A stretch of DNA of 61,591 bases, filler included. It is 4 parts of 4 records of this genome, joined end to end, with 100 filler letters (N's around TTAATTAATTAA, not from the genome) between each part and the next. Parts side by side here need not be neighbours in the genome. Positions count along the whole stretch, not along the records: positions 1 to 22,097 come from SRR31147125_6834; 3 more parts are not named here. One strand, 5' to 3'. The translations under genes were made by a program, and so were the position numbers. This document shows positions 10,710-22,097 of this stretch, piece by piece. Within the stretch, counting starts at the first letter, position 1. Each line of letters starts with the position of its first letter. Below the pieces are notes generated by a model that worked only from the letters and a program-made list of their open reading frames with translations, searched no databases and was not told where the DNA came from.

Positions 10710-12001
10710 ATGGTAATGAATTTTAAATCAAAATGCAATATTCAGTTTATCCTGGGGGCTGTGTTAATATTTTTTTTGGTTCAAACCGGATTTAGCTCAG
10801 AACCTGATGCTATGAACAGAGCGAGAATAAAACCTACAATAGCAAAGTTAAATTCAGGTAGCGAACAGCAATTCTATGTTGTCCTGCAGCCGGGACGGTT
10901 GACGGCAGCGTATGCGACAAACAAGGTCACCTGGTTCGTTAATGGTCTTAGAGGCGGAAATAGTACAGTTGGAACGATCACGCAGGAAGGCCTTTACAAG
11001 GCGCCTCAAAAATTACCAAAGTCGCCTGAAGTAAATATCTGTGCCGAAATCAGTCATGCATCGAACCAGTATCTATGGGCGACTGTATTGATCAATGGTG
11101 AACGGCCTCGTTACAAAACGATTAAAGAGTGGGGAGAAAAAGCTGAGAATGTAAAATATTTAAAAGAGCCCAAAGCGTTAGCAGTCGAAAGAACTGGAAA
11201 TGTGCTCATTGCCGCTGGCTCGCTTTTTCGGTTCTCGCCGGATGGCGTATTCATTAACAAGCTTGGGTATTCCGTTGGACAGGTGGATGCCGCTATGAGG
11301 GGATTACTTAATGTAGCCGTGGATGATAATAGCCACATTTTTATCAGCGATACCAATACTGGCACGCCCCGTATTCAGGTTTACTCTCCGAACGGAGTCT
11401 TTCTTTATGGCTTCGGTCAAAAGGGCACCGCTCCAGGTCGCGTTATGGATACACGGGGTATGGCGTTTGATTCAAAGAACCGTTTGTATATTGGAGATGT
11501 CGATAATCCGCGAGTTAGCGTGTTCGAAAATTCCGGTGAGTTTGTTCAGATTATTGGAAAAAAAGGTGCATTCCCCGGTGAATTTAATTTCCCCTATGGC
11601 CTCACATTGGATGCCAATGACGATCTGTTTGTGGTCAGCCATTTTGGCCCATGTCAGAAAATGACATCAGATGGACATTTTATTCTTGACTTCGCTTATG
11701 CTGACCCTCCTGATGGTCCCATCTTTTTTAAAGACATTGCCAGCGATCGCTGGGGTAATGTTTATATAATTGTAAAAGGTGAGAGATTGCTTGGCGGAAA
11801 ATATAAAACCGTAAAAGATGAGAATGGTGATCGTGTAGATATTAAAAAATATAACAATAACGGTGATTTTATAGCGAATTTGAGATTGTCATCCAAAGAA
11901 TACGAGGCTGACAGAATCGTCGTGGATGATTCAGGAAAGATTTATGTCCTCTATGCAGGCGAAAAAAGAGTGGTGTTGAGGTTTTGGAAGAGAAACGATA
12001 A
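10710..12001 (+). CDS. Secreted Ig-like + NHL-repeat protein (type B, copy 1); probable 1-nt error near 3' end
   Basis: AGGAG SD, signal peptide, WFVNG..GG..VGTI..G.Y.AP and NHL blades. One extra A in the A6 run at 11962-11967 gives EKKSGVEVLEEKR* (TAA 12001), matching the paralog end EKKNGVEILEKY. Confidence 0.75.
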
Positions 12002-12199
12002 TATTTAGGATCTCTATTCCATATCTCAAAAGTAAAGAGTAACAGGATGATGGATTAGTGGGGATTACTTTATTCCTCTAATCCATCGTTTTTAATTTAT
12101 GGTACAATATTATGTTCAGCGGGTAAAATTACGCTTAATTTTATTGAAATAAAAAAATCAGGTCAACAACCATTTTTTTAAATTTAGAAGGATAATGAG

Positions 12200-13594
12200 A
12201 TGATTGCTGTAAAGTATGCAGTTGATATCCATACACACGGCGCTGTTGGGGATGGGGTCACGCTGGATACCCGCGCGATCCAGTCGGCGATCGATGCGTG
12301 CGCCACGGTCGGAGGAGGGATTGTTTTTATTCCGCCGGGGCGCTGGCTTACAGGGCGGATATTACTGCGGAATAACATCACTCTCCATCTTTCGGCAGGA
12401 GCGACGTTGATAGGGAGCACTGACATTGCCGACTATGGTAGCGAAGAGGCCCTCATCCACGCAAAATATGTGAAAAACGTTGCGATCGAAGGTATGGGCA
12501 CCATTGACGGCCAGGGAGCGTCATTCGACATTTCCGAGGAGCACCTCCCTTACGGTGCGTGGGGTGGACGTCCTCGCGTCCTGTTCTTCCAGGACTGCAC
12601 ACGCGTGCGTGTTAGCGGCGTCAGGCTCGTCAATTCTGCATTCTGGACGTGTCATGTGCTGGGTTGCACGGACGTTGTGCTGACTGGCATGTCCATTGAC
12701 TCCCGCGTTCGTCTCAATAACGACGGCATCGATATCGACAGCTGTGAGCGTGTGGCAGTTTCGAACTGCATCATCAAATGCGGCGACGACGGGATCGCGT
12801 TCAAGACGAACATCGAGCGCCCGTGCCGCGATGTTACGGTGACCAACTGCTTTATACAGACACGGTGGGCGGGTATCAGAATAGGTCCGGAGTCGATTGG
12901 AGGATACAGTAATATCGCGGTGTCGAACTGCGTTTTGCGGGACGTCTGGGGCTGTGCTATCAAGCTGCAGATGTGGGAATACGCGATGATGGAGAATATC
13001 TCGTTCTCCAATATCACCATGGAGGATGTGACCGGACCGATTCACATGCGTATCGCCGGTTTTGAAAAGTCCTCGCACGAGAATTGGGGTAACTTGCCTG
13101 GCTGGATGACAAAGCGCAAGGTGAAGCCGTACGGTATTATGCGGAATATACGATTCAGCGGCATAACCGCCCGTGTGCTCGGTGTGCCGCCCGTCCCGGA
13201 TTATGACCCGAAGAAAACCGTTGCCATGCAGGAAGGTGAAGTCCGGTCGTGTTTGTCGATCTGCGGAGCCCCGGGTTACCCTATAGAGAATGTATCGTTC
13301 AATGATATGTTTGTCGAGTATGCCGGTGGGGGCACAACCGAAGAAGCCCATCGGGATATACCGGACTCGGTCCAGGCTAACGGCGAGATCGGCGGCACGC
13401 CACACCCCGAATACTATGCCTTTGGCGTTATGCCGGCGTGGGGAGCTTTTATCCGACATGCGTGTGACATTCGTATGAAGAACGTGAACATGAGCACATC
13501 ATCCCCGGACGCGCGTCCCGAACTGGTCGTGGTACATACCGAGGGTTTCGTGCGGAACGACACTGTCAGTAGTACAACAGTTGCCGGAGAATAA
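12200..13594 (+). CDS. GH28-family (pectin-lyase-fold) glycoside hydrolase without signal peptide
   Basis: GAVGDGVTLDTRAIQSAIDAC, NNDGIDIDSC, GDDGIAFK and PEY..FG..PAWG.F.RH motifs. Clearly higher GC than its neighbours. Confidence 0.9.
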   Translation: MIAVKYAVDIHTHGAVGDGVTLDTRAIQSAIDACATVGGGIVFIPPGRWLTGRILLRNNITLHLSAGATLIGSTDIADYGSEEALIHAKYVKNVAIEGMGTIDGQGASFDISEEHLPYGAWGGRPRVLFFQDCTRVRVSGVRLVNSAFWTCHVLGCTDVVLTGMSIDSRVRLNNDGIDIDSCERVAVSNCIIKCGDDGIAFKTNIERPCRDVTVTNCFIQTRWAGIRIGPESIGGYSNIAVSNCVLRDVWGCAIKLQMWEYAMMENISFSNITMEDVTGPIHMRIAGFEKSSHENWGNLPGWMTKRKVKPYGIMRNIRFSGITARVLGVPPVPDYDPKKTVAMQEGEVRSCLSICGAPGYPIENVSFNDMFVEYAGGGTTEEAHRDIPDSVQANGEIGGTPHPEYYAFGVMPAWGAFIRHACDIRMKNVNMSTSSPDARPELVVVHTEGFVRNDTVSSTTVAGE

Positions 13595-14264
13595 TCCATG
13601 TACTGGATGGAGCTGATGATTTTCGTGTGTGCCACCACGGCCAACTGACCGGTGGCGCACTGAGCCATGAAGGGTAACAGAGCACCGGAGTTTGGTAAAT
13701 TACTTGTTTCACAATACGGTGTGGGTGTTTGACCGTCTGTCTCAGGGCTTTTGCAGAGTTAAATCACCTTTTCCATGATTCTGTGGTGTATCTACGCCTG
13801 GAATGTCACCTTCGGCGGCAGGTGATGAAATGTCGTTATCTTTTATCTGTTTTGGCAGATGTAAATTGAAAAATGTCTGTAATTGGAATACCCGGTGGGA
13901 GCCAGAAGCAATCGAAACCAACGGATTTGGCAGAGCATTCAACAAGGTTTCAGGCCTGGCAGAAACCCGGATTTGCCCGGAGTTAAAAAAACAGCATTCA
14001 GCAACTCTTGAACAACTTTGCTTTTTTAAAGGAAAAAGCTACGTAATAAACCATTGCGTCAAAGGCATTATCAATGGTCTAATATTGAATAAATGTTAAT
14101 TTCAGGTAATATCTAAAATGAACTATTCCATGCATTGACGTTGAACTTTAGGTAGGTGCCTGTTTTACCTCATACAATCGGGTGAACGTGACGTTGCGAC
14201 GCATTTACGATTGTTAAAGTTGAAAGAGACGATTGTTAAACAATCTTTTAAAAAGGAGGATTCA

Positions 14265-15581
14265 ATGATTCGTTTTTTTGTGCATTTTTATTTTAAAAAA
14301 CGATCAATAAAATACAGTTGCCGTTCCTTTTTTATGATCATGTTTTTGCTTATCGCAGGTCCCATGCTATGCTTTGCTCAAAACGCGCAACATCCCGGTC
14401 GAGCTTCCATTCACCCATCGTTGGTGACATTAGAACCCGGAAAACAACAAAAGTTTAAAATAATAAAAATGGCCAGATCGTTAAGACCAGCAACGTTGGC
14501 TGAAAATGTGGAATGGTCTGTAAACGATATCCCCGGTGGAAACAGAGAATTTGGTACGATCGATGCGAATGGTGTCTACCTGGCGCCAGAGAAAGTACCA
14601 TCACCGCACGAAATTCATATTGTCGGAAAAACGGAAGGTGTTGTAAATCGAAAATTATTTGCTACGGTGCTTATGGCGCCTGAAAAACAATTTTATAAAA
14701 TGATTTATGAATATACGGAACCAATAAATAGTGCCGAACATTTTACAAACCCCCATTGCGTTACTCTGGACAAGGATGGAAATTTATTGATAGCTGACTA
14801 TGATGGTAGTCGGGTACTACGGTTTACTCAGAACGGCACATATCTGGGATCTTTGGGTTTTGGGATTGGACAGGAACCGGGACACATTTTTTTACCCAGA
14901 GTGGTTATTACTGACAAGAAGGGTGACATTTTTGTCAGTGATCAAAAAAAATATGGACCGCGTATTCAGGTATTCAATCATGATGGGAAATTTTTACGGG
15001 CATTTGCAGAAAAAGGTAACGGACCGGGAGAAATTCTTCGGGCACATGGAATGGATTTTGATAGTGAGGGGCGATTATTTGTCATTGATGTTGATGCCAT
15101 GCGTGTTAATATCTACACTCATGAAGGAGAATTTATCAAATCATGGGGGCGTGATGGACCTTACCGTGGAGATTTTAATTCATCTCACGGACTCGTCATT
15201 GATCCGAACGATGATGTTTTTGTTGCCGGATATTATGGATTAATACAAAAATTTGATAAAGACGGATCATTACTAAAAATAGTTATGGAATCAGATCCGC
15301 CGGAGGGTTCTGTGTATGTTCATTCAATAGCAGATGACAAATGGGGAAATGTTTATGCAATGGTCCGTGGGTCAAGAGGCTATGGGGGAGAGGTTGAAGT
15401 AACTAAAGGAAAAGTTGTCAGCATGGAAAAATTTAACAACAATGGTGATTTTGTTAGCGCATTGTCTCTAAATGTGAAAGCCCATGCAGAGAACTGGGTT
15501 TATATTGATGAAAATGATATGCTTTATTTTATTTATAGAGGCAAAGATAAAATGGGCTTTGAAATTTTTGAACCGCTCTAA
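14265..15581 (+). CDS. Secreted Ig-like + NHL-repeat protein (type A, copy 2)
   Basis: AGGAGG SD before ATG 14265. Long identical peptide blocks with 9266-10582 (EHFTNPHC, LLIADYDGSRVLRFT, VYAMVRGSRGYGGEVEVT, VKAHAENWVY). Confidence 0.85.
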   Translation: MIRFFVHFYFKKRSIKYSCRSFFMIMFLLIAGPMLCFAQNAQHPGRASIHPSLVTLEPGKQQKFKIIKMARSLRPATLAENVEWSVNDIPGGNREFGTIDANGVYLAPEKVPSPHEIHIVGKTEGVVNRKLFATVLMAPEKQFYKMIYEYTEPINSAEHFTNPHCVTLDKDGNLLIADYDGSRVLRFTQNGTYLGSLGFGIGQEPGHIFLPRVVITDKKGDIFVSDQKKYGPRIQVFNHDGKFLRAFAEKGNGPGEILRAHGMDFDSEGRLFVIDVDAMRVNIYTHEGEFIKSWGRDGPYRGDFNSSHGLVIDPNDDVFVAGYYGLIQKFDKDGSLLKIVMESDPPEGSVYVHSIADDKWGNVYAMVRGSRGYGGEVEVTKGKVVSMEKFNNNGDFVSALSLNVKAHAENWVYIDENDMLYFIYRGKDKMGFEIFEPL

Positions 15582-15699
15582 GTATAATTTTCGGCAGAAT
15601 TGCAGGATTTTAATAATGATAATGAGATGACCCGGATTTGTATTCAAAGTCGTAAAAGTAGAAAGATGGTCAAAGTTCTAGTATAAGGAATTTGGAGAA

Positions 15700-16991
15700 A
15701 TGAAAAAGATATTTATTTCAAGAATTTATATCCACATTACATTAGTAATGTTTGCTCTGATTTCAACCGTTCAATTCTGCTTCGCCTCAGAGCCGGACGA
15801 AATGAATCGAGCGAGAATAAAACCGACAATTTCTTTTGTAAAATCCGGAGGGAAACAACAGTTTTATATTGTTGTGGAGCCGAAACGGATGATTAGCGCA
15901 TATGCAACATCAAAGGTTAGATGGTTTGTTAACGGAATTCTGGGGGGGATAAAAGTGTGGGAACCATTACCCATAAAGGCCTGTACCAGGCACCAGATAA
16001 TAAAACGAATTCATCTGAAATTCATATTACTGCCATCGTGGAAAATGTTAGTAATCGTTATCTGTGGGCAACAATACTTTTAAATGGTGTACCCCCCCGT
16101 TATAAAACCGTTAAGGAATGGGGTGAACCGATTGAGAATCTTAAATATTTAAGAGATCCAAAAGATATTGCTCTTGAACAGGACGGTCATATATTGATTG
16201 TGGATGGAAGAATTAAACGATTTTCAAAAGAAGGGACATTTGTAACTGCAATTGGAGGTACAAATGGAGATGTTGAAGGTAGTCTTGTTGATCCACTTAA
16301 TGTTGCTTTGAATGCTGAAGGACTTTTATTTACGAGTGACAAAAGGTGCGTACCTCCGAGTATTCAGGTTTTTTCGCCGGATGGAACATACATTCGTGGC
16401 TTTGGGGCAAGTGAGGGTATAGGCCCGGGAAAAATTATGGAGACTCACAGTATCGCTTTTGGTAAAGATCAGCAGGTTTATATTGGGGACATTGATAATA
16501 TGCGGGTTAGTGTGTTTGCTCATTCCGGTGAATTTCTTCAAAATATTGGGAAAAAAGGGGTCAAATTTGGTGAATTTAATATTCCCCATGGCCTTGATTT
16601 GGATGCCAATAACGATTTGTTTGTGGTTAGTTATTTTGGTCCATGTCAGAAACTGACATCTGATGGGCATTTTCTTATTGATTTTGCTTATGCTGATCCA
16701 CCTGATGGTCCCATTTTCTTTACAGATGCGGCGTGTGATCGCTGGGGTAATGTTTATTTAATTGTACAAGGTGCCAGTACTCCGGGTGGGGGTTTCAAAA
16801 AAGTTAAAGATGAAAATGGCGCACGAGTGAATATTATCAAGTATAACAATAACGGTGACTTTATCGCAAATCTACGATTGTCAGAGCCAGGCCGTCAACC
16901 TGTCCGATTAGTCGTAGATGAATCAGATAAGGTTTTTGTGCTTTACAAGGGAGAAAAAAAGAATGGTGTTGAGATTTTGGAAAAGTATTGA
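15700..16991 (+). CDS. Secreted Ig-like + NHL-repeat protein (type B, copy 2), split by a 1-nt homopolymer frameshift
   Basis: ORFs 15700-16083 and 15957-16991 join if the G7 run at 15942-15948 is G8 (GILGGDKSVGTI). Collinear with 10710-12001 (DFAYADPPDGPIFF, KYNNNGDFIANLRLS). Ends in a TGA stop. Confidence 0.8.
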
Positions 16992-17241
16992 TTGTAATTA
17001 GGGTTTAGACCATATCTTTTAAGAGCACAAGGTAGGCAGGAAAACGGATGAGTGGAGAATTTATTAGTTTTACCTGATTCTGGAAAATTCATTCAAATGT
17101 TGAAATAAATTTTATGTGTTGAAAAAATGGGGAATCTTTAAAAAGCAATTCTTATATTGAGAAATCTTTTTTAAAAAATGTAATTGTCAATGAGTTGGAA
17201 TACAAAAAATATAATTACAGGAATCTAAGAGAGGATCGAAT

Positions 17242-18537
17242 ATGAACGGATTATACCCAAAAAACTATTATTTGTATGCCAAATGTAGTGTGTTTGCTTT
17301 AATTTTATCATTAACCTTTTCATGTGCACAATCTGGCAAATCTTATGAGCGGGTGATGATAAAACCATCCAAAGTTGAATTGGAATGCGGGAAAAAACAA
17401 CAATTTTCTGTAGGATATAAATCCGTTCAGTGTAATCTGAAAAGTGTGAATAGTAAAGTAAAGTGGTTTGTAAATGGAATACCAGGTGGTAATGATGAGA
17501 TAGGAACAATCGATAATAACGGAACTTACACAGCACCTGACAAGGCTCCAGGTTCGGCAGAAGTGTGGATTTGCGCGGAGGTAAAAAAGGCAGCAAATAA
17601 AAATGTGTGGGCAACAGTCCTTTTTAAAAGTAAAACGCCGCATTATAAAACACTGTGGCAATGGAGTGAAAGGATTGATAATCCCACATATTTTCGTGAA
17701 CCGCATAGCATTACCCTGGATGAGGATGGAAATCTTCTGATAGCGGATATGAACGCTGCACGCGTTATCCGTTTTACACCGAAAGGGGATTTTCTTGCTG
17801 AAATAGGAAAGGGCTATGGTGACGAAAATGGCTGTTTTGATAAACCCCGTGATGTTGCGATTGATTCCAAAGGGTATATTTTCGTGAGTGACCAGAAAAG
17901 TGACAAACCACGTATTCAGGTATTTAATCCAAAAGACGATTTCCTGAGAAGTTTTGCTGAGGAGGGCTCTGATCCGGGGAATATTATCCGGCCACATGGA
18001 TTAGTCATTGCAAGTCAGCAAAGGCTTGTGGCAATAGACGTGGAAAACATACGGGCGAATCTCTACGAGTATTCCGGCAAATTTGTAAAAGCATTGGGAC
18101 AGAATGGTCCTAATGCAGGTAAGCTCAAAATACCCCATGGAATTGCAATCGATCGTAACGATGATGTGTTTATTTCAGACTATTCGGGGACAATACAAAA
18201 ATTTACGATAAACGGAGATTTTGTCTCCTCATTTGTAAATAAGAATCATCCAACTGGCACTGCCTTTGTCCACTCAATTTGCACGGATCAGTGGGGAAAT
18301 GTGTATTTGATGGTTCGTGCCATAAAAGGATTTGAGGGTACTTTTGAGGAGAGTAAAGTTCAAGACAGAAAATTCTATATCGCAAAATACAATAATAACG
18401 GGGATTTTATATGCAATATTAAATTATCAGATAAAGGAAGAGAAATTATCCAGTCCGCTGTGGACCAGCACGGTAACATTTACGCTCTTTTTAAAGGACA
18501 GAAGAATATGGGTGTAGAAGTTTTAGGTGTGAATTGA
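17242..18537 (+). CDS. Ig-like + NHL-repeat probable lipoprotein (fifth paralog)
   Basis: Lipobox-like LTFSC, WFVNGIPGGN..IGTI..G.YTAP, NHL blades and KYNNNGDF. Ends in a TGA stop. Confidence 0.8.
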   Translation: MNGLYPKNYYLYAKCSVFALILSLTFSCAQSGKSYERVMIKPSKVELECGKKQQFSVGYKSVQCNLKSVNSKVKWFVNGIPGGNDEIGTIDNNGTYTAPDKAPGSAEVWICAEVKKAANKNVWATVLFKSKTPHYKTLWQWSERIDNPTYFREPHSITLDEDGNLLIADMNAARVIRFTPKGDFLAEIGKGYGDENGCFDKPRDVAIDSKGYIFVSDQKSDKPRIQVFNPKDDFLRSFAEEGSDPGNIIRPHGLVIASQQRLVAIDVENIRANLYEYSGKFVKALGQNGPNAGKLKIPHGIAIDRNDDVFISDYSGTIQKFTINGDFVSSFVNKNHPTGTAFVHSICTDQWGNVYLMVRAIKGFEGTFEESKVQDRKFYIAKYNNNGDFICNIKLSDKGREIIQSAVDQHGNIYALFKGQKNMGVEVLGVN

Positions 18538-18952
18538 ATTATAAAAAGAAAGACCAGATGGAGGAAATAACTCGTCGAGACATGTTGGAGTTACCTGGTA
18601 TTTTAACAAGTGCCGAATTGTTCTTTGTTTTTAATTTTGTGGTTTTTCTTTTCACAAATTTTTAAAAGATGTGCCTGGGACGTAATGACCAAATAAATAG
18701 AGGCAAGGTCTTGATTGAATAACGAATCACCTTTTCCAGGGCAAGATATTTTAAACATAACGAGATCCAACAGCTTGTTTATATAATCATTGGATTGTGA
18801 AGAATAAGATCGTCCCGATGTCCTCCTTTGGTTATGGTTTTTCCTGTACAAGTTTAGATTAATCCGTTCCAAAATTAATAGTGGATAAAATGAGGCGGGA
18901 TGTTACTCAAAGTTACAAATAATGGTAAATCGAAAAAAGTCGTCAAGTTTTA

Positions 18953-20433
18953 GTGAAAGGAAAAACAATGCTTGCTATAATTTTTAAAAAGACGATGGCT
19001 TTGGTTGTGGTGATTATTTTCCCTGTTTTAATGCTGGCTGCAAAGCCCGCATATACCCAGCTTAAATTATCAGATGGTAATTCTCAACACGGAGGTTCTG
19101 ATGCCCTGTCAGAGTCTTTGACGGAACCAAATACTAGCGGATCTTCAAAAAGACTTATCGCTCGCACATACAATACCGGATTCGAATTGTCGCATGATAC
19201 ATACAACGGGCTTTCTGCCGCCAGCGATGGTAAAATTTACTATGTGCAATCCTCGGAATCCTTTAAAATCGGGGCGCAGATGTATAGCTATGATCCCGTC
19301 ACTGATAAGATCAGGCATCTGGGCGATCTTACCGAAGCATGCGGAGAAAAGGGAAATAAAACGATTGTTCAGGGCAAGTCTCATGTGAATTTTGTTGAAA
19401 AAAACGGCAAGCTTTATTTCGCAACTCATCTCGGATACTATAGCCTTATTGATGGCATGGAGAAGATCGGTGTACCGCCAGAGGATTATAAACCCTATCC
19501 CGGCGGTCACTTTTTGGCTTATGATATGACTAGGGGAAAATTTGAAGACCTGGCTATTGCACCCCATGGCGAAGGCATTTTGACTATGAACATGGATACT
19601 CTTCGTGGTCGTATTTATGGGATTACGTGGCCAACGGGTTATTTTATTCATTATGATCTGGCCACAAAAAAGCTAAAAAACATGGGACCTATTTCCCGGC
19701 AGGGAGAAAATGGGAAGGGTGAAAATTATCGGACCCTCTGCCGCTCAATCGTCATTGATCCGCGAGATGGTTCGGTCTATTTCAGTACAGGTGACGGCGA
19801 TATCCTTCGATACAGCTATGATTCCGATTCCATTGATGTTTTAAAGGATGTGGATCTGAAAAAGGATTATTTTGGACTCTACGACGTCACATCTCCCGGA
19901 CATATGGGATATAACTGGAGACAATCGATTTGGTATGAGCCAGAAAACGTTGTTTATGGAGTGCATGGAAATTCCGGTTATCTTTTCCGTTTCGATCCAG
20001 GCATTCCTAAAGTGGAGGTTGTAGAGCGCATCACATCATTACCTTCAAAGAAAAGTGGAATGTTCGACCAGTTCAGCTATGGATATCTTGGTTTTAGTCT
20101 GGGCCCTGATGGCCATACACTTTACTATCTCACAGGCGGACCGGTTTATGTGGACGGTAAAAGAGTACGCGGAAAAAGCACAACGGCTATGGGAGAATCA
20201 AAAGGCGTTGAGAATCTCCACCTGATTACATACAATATTCCAAAGAGAAAATATACAGACAATGGTGCAATCTTTTTTTTAATGGGGAAAGGCCCTCATA
20301 TGTTAATTCGATCGCTGTTGGGAAAAATGGGGTTGTGTATACACAGGCAAGAATCCCGGAAAATGATCGTACGCGAATCGATCTCATCAGTATTCAGGGT
20401 CCATTGAGCGTTGCTAAAAACGACCAGAATTGA
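18953..20433 (+). CDS. Secreted beta-propeller protein, paralog of 559-1980; probable 1-nt error near 3' end
   Basis: Shares the motif set with 559-1980. One extra T in the T8 run at 20273-20280 gives ..NGERPSYVNSIAVGKNGVVYT.., aligning with FAESIAIGKDDHIYT of the paralog. Stop at 20433. Confidence 0.7.
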
Positions 20434-20493
20434 ATTATATGTAAAGTTTTTGATAGTAATATGTGAATAATTTTAATAATAAGGAGCATTATC

Positions 20494-21864
20494 ATGAAAA
20501 ATAAATCAATGCCCCGCCGTGCATTTATTAATAAAACGTCGCTGAGTATCGCAGGCACGGTCATGGCCAATCGTTTCGCTTTTGCCTCAGATTTTCGTTT
20601 GAATTCATATCCTGACAAACCGGCCATTTTGGGTGGAACACCATTGCGCACCAAAAACTGGCCAAAGTGGCCAATATGGAATTCAGAGACTGATGAGGAA
20701 CAAATTATTAAGGTGCTTCGAAGTGGCGTATGGTCACGTAAGGATATTGTCGCCGAGTTTGAGGAAAAATGGGCCAGGACAGTTGGCGCAAAACGGTGTC
20801 TTGCTACAACCAATGGAACACATGCACTTATTACAGCTCTCAGAATGTTGGGTATTGGGCCTGGAGATGAAGTGCTTACAACTCCTTATACGTTTATTGC
20901 AACCATTGACGCCATATTGTTATGTAACGCTATGCCCGTTTTTGTGGATGTCGACCCGGAAACTTTTCAAATCGATCCGGCAAAAATAGAGGAAAAAATT
21001 ACATCGAAGACCCGAGCTATTTTACCCGTTCATATTCTTGGTTTGCCTGCGGATATGGGTCGAATTATGGACATTGCTCAAAAACATAATTTAATCGTCT
21101 TGGAGGATGCGTGTCAGGCCTGGTTGGCGGAAATTAAGGGTAAAAAATTGGGTACAATTGGGCGCGCCGGCTGCTTTAGTTTTCAAAATTCGAAAAACTT
21201 GTCTATCGGGGAGGGTGGCGCCATTGTAAGTGATGATGACGATTTTATGGATCGGGCATTTTCGTTTCACAATTTTGGCAGGCCTTATGGTAATATGGTT
21301 GGAGATGTCTCAGGAGCTTATGTTATGGTCGGCACAAAGTGCCGGACAACTGAATATCAGGCAGCAATCGGACTCGCTCAACTAAAACGGCTGGAAGGGC
21401 AGACGGAGCAACGGAATCAGAATGCTGCCTATTTAAAGTCGCAAATAAAAGACATCCCCGGTATTCTTCCCTATCGATTGTATAAAGATGTCACCCGGGC
21501 TGCTTATCATCTCTTTCCGTTCCGCTATAAAAAGGAAGATTTTCAGAACCTCTCTCGAGATAAATTCCTTAAGGCACTTCGAGCAGAAGGGATTCCATGT
21601 TCCTCTGGATACACACCGTTAAATAATATGCCCTATTTAAAGGACGCCCTTTCCTCCAGAGTATTTCAGGCAATATATCCAAAAGAAAAGTTAGATTTCG
21701 ATAAATATATCGTTGAAAATCAGTGCCCTGCAAACGATCAACTTTGTCAGGAAGCTGTCTGGCTTCCTCAGAGTGTATTGTTATGTACAAAACGGGATAT
21801 GGATGATATTGCCAATGCGATTGCTAAAGTTCAACACTATGCGGGTGAAATAAAACGTAACTAA
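20494..21864 (+). CDS. DegT/DnrJ/EryC1/StrS-family PLP aminotransferase with twin-arginine signal
   Basis: NGTHAL, GPGDEV, YTFIAT, LEDACQA, PLP-lysine SFQNSKNL and GEGG. N-terminus MPRRAFINKTSL. Confidence 0.9.
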   Translation: MKNKSMPRRAFINKTSLSIAGTVMANRFAFASDFRLNSYPDKPAILGGTPLRTKNWPKWPIWNSETDEEQIIKVLRSGVWSRKDIVAEFEEKWARTVGAKRCLATTNGTHALITALRMLGIGPGDEVLTTPYTFIATIDAILLCNAMPVFVDVDPETFQIDPAKIEEKITSKTRAILPVHILGLPADMGRIMDIAQKHNLIVLEDACQAWLAEIKGKKLGTIGRAGCFSFQNSKNLSIGEGGAIVSDDDDFMDRAFSFHNFGRPYGNMVGDVSGAYVMVGTKCRTTEYQAAIGLAQLKRLEGQTEQRNQNAAYLKSQIKDIPGILPYRLYKDVTRAAYHLFPFRYKKEDFQNLSRDKFLKALRAEGIPCSSGYTPLNNMPYLKDALSSRVFQAIYPKEKLDFDKYIVENQCPANDQLCQEAVWLPQSVLLCTKRDMDDIANAIAKVQHYAGEIKRN

Positions 21865-22097
21865 AAATTAATGAAAACAAAAGTGCCCACAAAAATGAAA
21901 ACCACAGAAAAAATAATGAAAAAAACGAAGGGATTGGTTCTGTGGTGAATGTTTTTTCTAAATATTTTTATTTAAAAAAGAAGATTAAATTGGTAATACA
22001 ATGGATCAAGTCAGGCTTGAGAAAAAGCAGGAGCTATCAGCATGAATAAAATCATTTTCAAATATTACTTTATACTTTTGATGATTTTTCTCTTTTT

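Noticed and set aside
12521-13459. 312-aa antisense ORF and other shadow ORFs across the window
   Set aside because: They overlap well-supported genes on the opposite strand or frame and carry no motifs. Long shadows are expected in GC-rich coding DNA.
13742-14099. Short ORFs or IS remnant after the GC-rich GH28
   Set aside because: No recognisable transposase motif, paired terminal repeats or target duplication.
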